Assembly (NCBI GenBank): GCA_964374105.1
Contig: CAYJXI010000005.1
Location: forward strand, 12,440-76,439
From: an uncultured Planctomycetales bacterium
Lineage (GTDB): Bacteria > Omnitrophota > Gorgyraeia > Zapsychrales > JANLHA01
DNA: 64,000 bases
Direction: 5' to 3'
Shown here: positions 1 to 12,000 of the stretch, piece by piece
Layout of the letters: every line of letters starts with the position of its first letter
Numbering within the stretch: the stretch's first letter is position 1
Program-made: the position numbers and the translations under genes
Notes under the pieces: model-generated
The model's input: the letters and a program-made list of their open reading frames with translations, nothing else
The model's database searches: none
What the model was told of the DNA's origin: nothing

Positions 1-3000
1 TTGCTTTTTATATTGTTTTTTGGGACATCCAATGGTCAAAGTAAGGTTATTGAAGGTTATGATCCTATCACCGCAATGCGTCTTTTATATTTTTATTTTA
101 AAAATTATATGCTGAGAAATGATAAAGACATTCAACAATTCGGCAATTTTGTCGAAAGAATATCGAGCGGGGAATTTATAAAGGAACGATGGACGGCCTT
201 AAGTCAATTAATCGAATCCGCAGAAAAAGGGGAAATGGACAAAGAGTTCCTTAATTTAGGATTATTAGAAACCATTGCCTCTTCTGTAGGAGATGATGGT
301 GTTCAGGGTGCTTACAGAGAGTTGAGAAGAGTAGCTACCTACGTAAAGACTGATAAGGTGGCCTCGGGGATTGTGACAGCGGAATTTTTGAAAGAGTACA
401 GTAATGAGGCCAAAGGTTCCACCTCATGGGCTTACATGGCCATTGGAACATTATTTCGCGCCGGCATTGACAAGCGGTATCCGGCGGAAGAGGTTCGGAT
501 ATTTTTAGATAAACTTGTAAACAAATTAGGTGACTCGTGGATAGGTTATCAGAGTCTTGACAGTTTGGTCCGGAGTATTCTTTATGCTAAAGAAATCGAT
601 TCGGCCGTTTTAGATTTGCCTTTTCTTTCTTCCTTGCTCGAGTTTGATAATCCCGGTTTGGTTTTGCAGGCTTATTATCACTTGGCTAAGGCGGGGGTGG
701 TGAACAAAGAAAATTTTGAAAAAATAAAAAACCTTTTTGATATCATCAATGATGGAATTCATCGTTTTAATCGAAGTCCAGATCAAATTTATCAACCTCT
801 TAAGAAATTCATTCAGACGGTTAAGGATAAAGATTTAAACCGCAATGTTCTCAATATGGATGTCCTGGCAGCGGTATTCCGCAATATGCCGGGTAATGAG
901 GATTATCTTGAAAGAGAGTTCACAGCTTTAGAGCATCTGGCAGAAACGGTGAAGGCCGAGGGGCTGAATGAGGTGATTTTAGAACCCCGTGTCCTTTTAG
1001 GATCTTGGACAGGAGCCGGCACGAGCTTCGCTTGGGCTGCCGGCCACTTGCGTAATCTCGCTCGGGCGGTCAAAAGGGGAGAAGTGGATTCTTTTGTCCT
1101 TACCTCGGATTTGTTACCCTTTATGGCGGAGAATCTGCAGTATGACATCGCTTATGGCGCTTTGTTGTTGCAGGCGATGGCGGAGGCCGGTTTCGTTACC
1201 TCTGAAAATATGAAGGAAGTTAAAGAATTTATTACTGTTTTAGGCCAGGGGATCAAGAAATTCAGGGATGATTTAGCGTCATCCGGGAAGTTGGATGAGT
1301 CTGGCGTTATTCCCAATATGTTGGGTAGGTTAATAGAATTATTCCAAGGTTATGCCCAAAAGCAGATAGACAGCTTTGCGGTTGATTTTAATTTCTTAAA
1401 AGAATTTTTGAATCCAGAAAGAGGGCGCTTGAATGATGCACCGGCCAACTTACTAGCCCTTAACGATTTCGCGGAGGTCCTTAAAAGACAAGGGATTGAC
1501 CCTAAGACAATTCAGTATCCTATTGTGGAAGGCACCCAATTGACGAAGTGGGGTATCCAAAAATTTATTTTAGGGATGGGCCATGCTAAGATTGCCCCAT
1601 CTTTGGATATCATGAGTGTTTATCTTGATAAGGGAGGGATTAATGCCGAGAATATCAAGGATCTTTTAGATCTTGGGGCGGATTTAGGGGGTATCGTCAC
1701 TGGTTCTTATGGTCTCTCCCCGGAAGCATTGCTTGAGATCAAGTATCTCCTCAAAGCGGCAGGGCCGCAGGTCATCGATATTCCTTACTTAAATAGCCTT
1801 TTGAACACACTATGGCATAATCATTATGATGTGAAGGCCTCTATCCCTTTCTTCACCATGATGGGAAATCATGGGCTCTTGCGTCAGGATAACAGCAATG
1901 GGATTTCTTCGTGGTTGATGGGTATTTTCCATTTAATTAAAGTCAATTCAGGTCAGCAGCATTTCTCTGTTGCGTTGGAGGATGTATTGGCAATGCTAAA
2001 ATTAATGCTTGAACACGGCATTGTCAAGGAAGACAACCTAAAAATATTAAAAGAAATCATTAAGGAAATCCCGCCAGACAATGCCGTGCATTATTATAAA
2101 GGTATTGAAGATTTAGTTAATTTAGGTGTCGTGAAGCCATCGGATTTAGAGGAATTGAAGGTTTTGATCCATAATATGAATAAGATAAAGGAACTTAGTG
2201 CCCCAGCCAGACGCGCCGATCAGTCTTATCATTATGTTATAGATTTAATTAATAAGGTCAAACAGGAAAATTTAAGTCCGGCGGTTTTAGATATTAAACT
2301 TCTTAATACCCTCTTAGTATCTTTATTAAAAAACAGAGGGGATCTTCTTATTAATAGCGACCTAGCGTTCAGCGAGTTGGAAAGGCTGGCTTTAACGATC
2401 AAAAGAGAGCGGTTGACACCAGAGGTCTTTTTAAACCGTGATCTTTTGATCGCTTTGGTGGAAAAAGCGAATAGTATATCTGTAGCTTTCCATCGTTATC
2501 AAGAGATATTGATAGCTTCCGGCCATGAAATGTCCGAGATGATCCTTGGCCAGATACTTGATGGGATTAATATTTTTTACGCTCATGGGAGAATGAGTAT
2601 CGAAGAGTATCTGAACAAATTGCCTACTTTTCGAGCGGCTTGGCCGCCCAGTGATTTCATCAGGCACTCTCCGCTTTATGCTGCGGTTGAGTTGTTAGAG
2701 AACAAGGGGTCTCTTATTGAAGAAGTGGAATATGGCACCGACATTCTTCTCTACGAGATGGTTTTGCGAGGTCGGGTCTATCTTTTGCTTCTGCCGCCGG
2801 TATTGGCCGAGCAGCTTAAAGGCAATACCGCCCGGGAGATGCTTAAAGATATTAATCCTTCCAATTATGAAGAAGAGCTTCATCTGGCCGCCCTCTTTGT
2901 CACGCTGCGCCAGGACATCCCCTTAACCGCTGGATTAAGCTATGAGGAGTTTCTGCGTATTGTTAAAGGTGATACGACTTCCAAATACACCCCCATTATT

Positions 3001-6000
3001 TCCGCGTATATCCAAAAGAATGTCTTTGGCAAGGTCGAAAGACTAAACCTTAAGCAGCAGGACCAGATTATCGCGTTAGGGATCGCATTGCACCGGGCTG
3101 TCTTAGGGATGGTTAAAAAAGACGGCGGGAACGAAAATGTTATCACTTTTCGGGAATTGATCCGCTTCAACGAAAATTTCAGCCGATTTTATCTGAGAGA
3201 TACCGGCCTTAAAAATGTCTTGGAACTATTTATTTTGACGGCAACGAATATCTACGGACGAGTGCTCGACACCAGTGACAAACGCAAAGAATTCGCCAAA
3301 ATCCTTATCAAGCTCTTGGAAGGCCACCGGGAATTGTTAGGCCAGGCCCAGGTGGAGTCCGAGGGGTTAAGAGGCAATCTTGAGGACGTTGTTAAGAATA
3401 TTATGCTATTTGGAGATTATGAACATCTGGGGCGGCAACCGCAGGCCGAAGAAATTGTCCCTGAGATCAACATCCGGGCGCTGGTGGAAAGGGCTAGGCA
3501 GGTGGGCAGTGCCTCGCTTTTGATTGTCGATGATGACAATGCGGTCGTGGTCAATAGTGTCTTGACTCAGATGAGCCAGGAAGAAGATACGGTGATGATT
3601 CGTCTTTCGATGAACGGCTTCAGCCGCCGCCAGGAACTCTTTGGGATGTACATACCTAAGACGAGGCTGTCGGAAACGGAAATTAACTCCCAGTTAACCG
3701 CGGTCACTGAAGAGGAGGTTAAGAAGGCCCTAAAGGATATCCTTGGTTTAAAGGACGAGGAGATGGAGGCCGCCTTGAACGAGTGGCAGAAGTCTTTGAT
3801 TTTGAACACCAATCCTTTACTGCGTGAGGCGGTTGCCTTGTATCTGAAAAAGGGCGGTCAATGGCGGGAGTTTATGGAGTGGCAGGACGGGCTTTTAGTG
3901 AAACTGCGCGACCTGGCGAAAAAAAATCCTAACAAGAAATTTCTGTTAGCGATGGAGAATATCTCAGCGGCGCCGGATGGCGTGCGGCTTTTGTTAAACC
4001 CGGTCCTTTGGGAGAGGATGGTAGAGATCCCGGAAAAAGGAAGGCGGATTGAGCTGCCGGAGAATATGAATTTTATCTTGACGATGCACAAGGACACGGT
4101 GATTAAAGATGAGTCATTTATGAACCGGCCGCTGGTGCAGTATGTGCCTGATATGACCCAAGACGATTGGCAGAAGTATCTGACCATTAAGACAGGGCTG
4201 CCGGCCGCGGAGGCAGAGAATTTGTTGACGATTTTCAATCAGCTGGGAACGGTGAGGTTTAAAGAGGCGGTGCGGTTTAACGGTCATGATCTTTTGGAGA
4301 TCGCTCAACGTATCAAAGGCGTTAGCGAGGAAAAAACCGTCAAGGTCCCCGAATTCTTGCTGAAGGAGATTTATGATTATTTACTGTTACGTCTTCGTAC
4401 TCCGGAAGACAGGGAAAAATTGACTGCGGTCGTTTCGACATTCCCCGGATTTGAGATTCAGCCGCCGGTGATTGAAGTGGACCGGGAAAGGGCGGTCGTT
4501 AACTTCGATGGAGTTCAAGTCAAGGTGAGTAAGGCCTTTATCGACTATGCCCGTCGCAATCCTCAAAAAGATTTTGTGGCCTTGATGAATGACCGTTATC
4601 GTTACATTGTGACGGAAATGGAAATGCGGCTTCTCTCGCAGCTGGCCCGGGCCACGAAAGGCTACGGCAATAAGGCGATTCAACTGGAGGGCCCTTCGGG
4701 GGAAGGAAAAACAGAGATTGGCAGGGTCTGGGCGCGTCTGCTTGGGTTTAACTTACGCGAACGCACAATTAATCAGGATACGAACTTAAGCGAATTCCGC
4801 GGCCAGATACGCCCCACCAAAGACGGCCGGTATGAGTTATATGAACCCCAATATTTAACACAGATAGAAGAAGCACGGAATATCTTTTTGTTCAACGAAA
4901 TCAATACGAATGAATCCGGTAGTTTGTATTACTGGCTGTTTCCGGAGATGACGGGCCGGGCAGAGAAAGCCTTGGGTGAATTTGCCCAAACCTCGGATGA
5001 GTCAATTGTCAAAACAGCGCGGATTAATCAAAACAATCTGTGGCTTTTCACGGTCAATCCTGAGGCCAATTATTATGGACGAGGCATGACCCCGCCGATT
5101 GTTTCCTCTCATGTCACTGTCTTCACTATGGCCCAGGATTTAAATAACCTCCCGCAGGTCGTGGAGGGCCACCTTAGACGTAACGGACTCGCCAAACGAT
5201 TAAAGCCGGAATCCTTAAAATACGTCGTCAAGCGCCTAGCGGCTCTGCATTATCATTTAAAGCAGTTCAAAGCGGAAAAACGCCTATCTTCTCCGCAGGA
5301 TATCACTCCCCGGGATATCATCAGTGTGACGGATAAGTTTAAACAGTATTTAAGCGAAAAGATGGATCCCAAGCAGGCCTTGCTCCGGGCGGTCGAAGAG
5401 GTTTATGTTTATACCTGGCAGAAAGGCGCCGATGTTCAATTATCCCGTCTCGAGGTCAAAAAATTTTTTGGCAGAACGGAACAGACAACAGCGCTGGAGG
5501 CTCTGACAGCGGCCCTTAAACAGAAAGAACGTCCGGTGATGGTCTTTGGGAATGCTACCAATGATCCTCAGCAAATCAGAGAATATTTAAAGAAAGCAGA
5601 GCCAGAGGCCATTATTAAAGATGTGCCTTTAAGTTATTTCCACCGTCAGCGGCATTTCCTCGGGGGACTCATGCCCCTGGCCCGAGAGAAAAAGGAAGGT
5701 CTTGAGGCCAAGATCGATGCCTTAAGGCCGCCGCTAGAGGAGAAGTTAGGTCTTCTGCCAAGCCTTATTCAGGAGGCAAGGTTGAATCCCAATCGGACAG
5801 TCTTTGTCCTTCTTTATGAATATTCCCATTTAAACCCACAGGTCGCTCCTCTGTTAAACGAATTTTTCCAGACCGGCCGCATTGACGGCATAGAAGAGAT
5901 GGTGACGCTGGCTATCAGCGAAGAGCTTATCAACCTGCTTGCGGCTAAGGGCAAGTGGCAGCAGTTCCGGGAAGAGTTTCCTGGTCTGTTGCCGGAAGAG

Positions 6001-9000
6001 ATGGAGTCCTTAACAGAGGAACAAAAATTATCCTTTGCCCGATGGTTTTACAGCCAGGCCCCAAAGAATCTGCGTTTTGTTGCAACCAGTTCTAGTGTGG
6101 AAGAAATCAAGTTAAGCCCGGCCGAGATCAACCGTTTTCTCACCGTGAATATCTCTGAAGAATTCAATGCCCTTTGGCTTGAACGCTATCTGCGCCAGCA
6201 TATTTCAACGAAATTGAAACCTTATACGGCGTTGATTGGGAAAATTGTCCGCGAGACGTTTGATTTGTATGTTCAGCAAGCCAGAAATTGGGAGTATGAG
6301 CATAACCGGTTAGGCCGGCGCGATATCGCTGCCTTCTGGGAGCGCCTGGATCAAGAGAGCAGACTGGATGAAGATAAAATTAAGAAATTGGCCTTCTATA
6401 CGTTGGCTATGGGCTTAAGGACAAAATACCGCGAGGAATGGGAAGAGAAAATCGATTACCAGGAAGATTTGGCGGCCGCCAGAGACCAAGAAAGAATAAG
6501 TTATGCCCAGCGGAAGGATGGCATTTATTTGATTGTGGATGGCCTTGAGTTTAAAACCCGGTTGACCAAGATTCCAGAGGAAAAATTTTTAGCCCCTACC
6601 AAGGCCTATGTGCGGCAGTTGGCCTCGATTCTCTTAGGGTTAGAAAGCGGACGGCCTATCATTACGGAAGGGTATCCCGGCGGCGGCAAGACCTCCGGTA
6701 TAGAAGATGCGGCCAAGCGGATCGGGTTAAAATTTTATAAAGATTTAATGTATGAGGATATCGATTTAGGGGAATTTTTAGGCCGGTTGTCCAAAGAGGG
6801 CCAAGAATTTTTGGTCACGGCCTTAAAGCACGATGCGAACGGCCACCGGGTCGTAAAATTTTTGCGCGCTTATGCCGAAGGCGGCATTCACCTTTTGGAT
6901 GAAGGGGCGGTGGGAACAAATTCTCAGGAAGTGATTACCTTTTTAAGTGTGTTGTCGCAACTGCCTGCTATTGATTTAGGTGTTTTTCACCCCGGGTTAG
7001 CAGGCGAGGTCATCAAGAGACACAGGGATTTTCATCTTGCTATTGCCCAGAACCCGGCGCATTCGACCGCTGGGCGGGAAAAGATTTTATACAGTACCGA
7101 TACCTTGGCCCATAAAATCTGGACCGATAACGCCTTAGACCAAGAGGATGCCTTAGCGATTATTAATTATCATCTCGATAAGCCGGACGCTGTTCTTCAA
7201 TCGTTGAAAGAAGAGATGGCCACGATCCACCGGGAATTCACGGATGTCCATCCCCGCAGTGATGAGATAAGCCCGCGGCAGTTGATTATGATTGCTCGTA
7301 TCCTGAATCAGGCCCTGGAGGAAGGCCAGGACCTTGACCGTGCGGCCTTTGAAGGGGTTATGGCCGCCTATTTAACCGGTGTGTCCAAACAAGAATTTGA
7401 ACAAATATGGACAAAGGTGTCAGAAATCACGCAGGGCCGATTCGACCGGTATCTTGAGGAATGGAAAGAACCGATTGATGTGAAGATTAATGACGGATAT
7501 GTCCAGTTTAACGGGATGCGTCTGCCGAAATCTGTACCCAAGGGCAATATCCAACAAAATGACGTATTTATTATTGAGGATCTGCCTTTCGAGAGCCGGA
7601 GTCTGCGGGCCATGGCTTTGGGAGTCTTAATGAACATGCCGGTGGCGCTGTTAGAGGAAGAAGGGGCTGATGCCTTTGATCTTATCAAAAAGTTTGCGTA
7701 TTTAACAGGGTATGAACTGGTGCCTCTGTGGAGCCATCCGCAGATGACCAAGATGCATTTGCTGACAAGTTTACTGCCTAAGTTTGAGGCTCTGATGGAC
7801 CGTTATGGGATTAAACGGGAAGAGGCAGGTCAGGAATTTTTGATGAGTTTAGGGTTTATTGCGCGTTACCTTATGGAAGAAAAGGAATATAACGCCTTTA
7901 ATGAGGAAGAACGCCAGGCCCAAGCACAGAAACTTTTATTCTTCCATTTGATGGACGCGGTTCCGGAACGGCAGCGGGTGATGCTCAATGAGCTCTTAAC
8001 AACGAGCAAGATTCAACTCTTAAACGAAAAGGGAGAGGCGGTCACGTATGTCCTGCCGGAATGGGTCCACATTGTTGTCTCTTCCTCGTTAGAGCATAAA
8101 TTTTCTTCTGCCTTTATTAACCGATTTTTGCCTATTCAGGTCAATACCCTGGAGAATCTGGACGAATTGATCCATGTTATCCAGAACCGTTGGCCCCTCG
8201 TGCGCGAGGAAGAGGTGAGTTGGCTTAAGAAGGTGGTAGGCTTGGTAGTCCGTTATGAAAAACAAGAGGCCTTTGGTCTGCATTACGGATTTAGCCCGCA
8301 GGACATTTATAAACTCGCAGCGCTGATTCATCTGGAGAAACAGCGCGATATGGAAAACAATCGGTTTAATACCAACCCCTTATATTATTTCCTTAAGGCC
8401 ATAACTATTGTTTATGGTCTGGGGTTAGCCGAGGATGATGCGAAGATTTTTGAGGAAAAAATTGTGCAGGAAGGCCTCTTGGGGCCGTTATTGAACACGA
8501 CCGATAAAGATAAACTTGAGGACATCTATGCTCGTCTGCTGGCGCAGATCAAAAAGGATTTGGTGACCTTAGATCGGGAGGTTTATGAAATCCGCATCGA
8601 TGTTTCGCAGCTGGGCGAAGGCGAAGGACTTAAGGTCGCCAATGGCATGAGTATTAAGAGGAATGGCCAGGGGTATATCATCGAGACAGCCGGGGCTAAT
8701 ATTTATCAGGTGAGCGATCAAAATTTGAATGACTGGACTGATCTGACCAAAGGAAACGGGGAGCTCTTGGTCAAACAAGAGGGGGATCATCTCGTCTTTC
8801 AATTGAAGTTAATCAAGAGTATCGGTGGAGTGATTCTGCCCAGAGACGAATTTAACAGGATGAGGAGTCTGCCGGAGAACGAGGTGCCGACGAAAGAATT
8901 TATCCGTTTTACTCCGGAGATGCGTATGTTAGGGGCAGCTGTCCTGCGGGGATGGCAGCCGGTCGAGGATCATTTAGGGCGCCTCCGTCCTCCACGGGTA

Positions 9001-12000
9001 TTGCTCATGAACGGCAGAACCGGAACAGCTAAGACAACATTCATCCGCAATCTTTCGCGCGTCTGGGGCGTGCCGCTTTATATCCTGAATGCCTATGAGG
9101 ATATGAAGGTCTCGGATATGACGGTGGGTTTAAAGTTGGAGGAAGGGAAATTCCAGGTTGGGATCAAGGAATTCTTGGCGAGAGTTGGGAAGATTAACGG
9201 CCAGAGAATCAGTGTCCCTTCCAAAACCACTTCTAACCGCAACATCCTGCTCATTGACGAAGCCAATGCGGCACCGGATATTCTGTATTCTCTAGCGCCC
9301 CTTTTACGCGGCGAGAAAAAGTTTACGGTGGAATATGCGGGCGAGAGTTTTGAGGTGGAGGTTGACGATGAGGTTTTAATCGCCTTGACATTTAATCCGG
9401 CTGAAACTTATGCCGGCAGAGGCGCCTTTGACCGTGAACTGATTGCCCATGCCGAGAAATTGTGGGCCCCGGATCCTTTAAGATATCCGGACTTGACGCT
9501 GATTGACATTTTAAGGGAGTACCATCGCCGAGGAATTACGAAAGCGCAGCAGGAGTTGAAAGAGCAGTTGCCAACCGTAGGTTTGACGATGCACGAGGCC
9601 TTTGCGAAGGTTTCGCCTTATCAAGAGACAGTCAAGAATCTGGAACATCCTGCTCTGGAAGAGCTGGGGAAGGTTGGGGAAGAGGGTCCAGAGAAAACAC
9701 AGGCAACTGAGCCACCGGCAGTTGCCCCGACACTTGAGCCGGCTAGTGTGGCTACACCCCAGGTTGCGGAGATTAGCTATGATGTGAACATCATTAGGAA
9801 GAATGCCCAAGAGTTTACGAAGGATCAAGGGCATCTTGATTTTGCCAGGGACATTCTGGCTGGATTTTTGTTAGCCTTAGGTGACGGCGAGCAGGGGTTA
9901 AATGATGTTGTCCTCAAGGCCGCCAGCATATTAGGGCCGGATGTGGTTGAAATCCTGCAGGACATCGTCAGCCTGTACGGTCGGGAGATTGTTAAAGAAA
10001 GCGAACTGAAAGGGAAGTTTCTTAAATTAAGAAGGGTCTTCATGGCGCATGATGTAGCCCTTTTTATGAAACGGCCGAAAAAGAGGGCTTTGATCATTTT
10101 ATCAACGGAAAAGGTCAAGCGGCGCTTAGCAATGAGCGATGAAAATTTAACTCGGCTGGGAGAAGATCCGGCTAAGTATGCTGATCTTAAGTCTCAGGCC
10201 GCAGTGGTGGGAGGCGAGGAGTATTCACGGCCGGGCGTAAGCGGATTTTTTGAGGGGGAATTTGCCTTTGCCTTTGAGAAGGCAGTTCGCCAGGAGCTGG
10301 CCGCAGCCGGCGTAGAGACTCTTAAAAATGTTACTTTCGAGGAATTTGTGGAATGGGTGGCCTTCCATGAACTTGGGCATGTCATGGATAATTTAAGATT
10401 AAGGGTAAGAGGCTATAAAATCCCGCGGTTGATCCGCTGGACGAAATTAGCGCATGATGTGAATGCCTCTGTCATTGGGTTGTGGCTGTCCGAGAACCTG
10501 GAACTCAATTCAATTCTTTTTCCGTTGATTTTTTCTCCCAAGGCCAAAGAGTATGCCCTTTATGAATTGGTCAATACCATTAGGAAGAATAAGGATAAGA
10601 AAAGTTATTATGTGCAGGCGGCTAAGGGAATTCTTAACGGAATTCTCCTCAAACAAAAAGGTGAGAAAGAACCTTTGATTACGGATGAATTAGAGGAGGA
10701 CCGCATTGACGCAGTAAAGAAGCTAATTGAAGGCCTAACGTCCGAGGAACTCAACAAAATTGCGGTTGAGCTTTATCAACAGCCAAAAGAATATTTGGCC
10801 ACGGCCAAGGCCGGGGCGTATAAGGGCAAGGTCTTGATTAGCGATGGGGGGACAAGCCTTGAGGATATTAACCATGGCGTTGACGGCACCCCGGATGTTG
10901 ATATGGAGTATGAGGATGGGAAAGCGGAAATGAAAATCAAAACCCCCAAAGGCAAAGGCCCGAAGGTCATTGAAGAACCCAAAGGCGGGAAACGTAAACC
11001 CGATGCGGGAGGGAAGAAAGGGCCGAAGGTCAAACCTGAAGATAGTAAAAAGGACGAAAAAGATGAAGAGGAAGAGACTCCTGCAGAAGAAACAGAGGAA
11101 AAGGAACCGGATATTTCGGGAGTTAAGGGAGATATCATTAAGCTCGCCCAGTTATCTCCGGGATTGATTTCGCGGTTTTTGGAAATATTTGCCGGTGTCC
11201 CCAAGATCATCAAGGTCTATGCCGAAAGCGGGGATGAAATCGATATTGAGCGGATTATTACAGGTGACCTGGAACCGTTTTTCCGGCAGAAGATCATTCA
11301 GGCCCTGGCGTCTTTAAGCAGTGGTGTGACTGTGGATATCAGCGGCAGCACGCTTAGTAGGGGTCTGCATGAGGCCTTTGTGCAGATGTCCAAATACTAT
11401 GCCTCCCTATTTTATTATTCGGCTGTGCGTAATAAAGAGGTGGAATTTTCCATCAGCGCCGTCGGCGATTCTTTTCACCCCCTACTGGATTTCCGCGATT
11501 CCCGAAACAAAATGGCGGTGGAAGAGGGATTAACCAAGATATCGACAACAAACGACTATGGGGGAATAAATACCAAAGAGGTACTGGAAGGGCTTAAGAA
11601 GAAATATGCCGACCAGAAGCACAAAAAATATAAGATGGAGATGGTCTTTACAGACGGAGAGGAGACGTCAGGATTGAGTTTTGAGGAATTGCGGCAGATG
11701 GCTGATAGTTTAGAAAAAGAACTGGGGATCGATATTGTTTTTATCGGCCTTAATACGGATGATGTAGAGAATTACTCAAAATTCATTAATCTAAAAAACG
11801 AGGTTTCGGCCGAGCAGTTGGTGGATTTGATTATCCGTATTTCTCTGCTTAAAGTCGAGCGGGGGATGCTGCCCCACGGAAATTTGGCAGAACGGTTTGG
11901 GATGGAAGATAAAGCGGCCAAAGAGGATATTGGAGAAGAGGAATTTTTGCGTCCTGAGTCTGGACTTAAGAAAATCCCTAGCAAAGATTCCGCAATATTA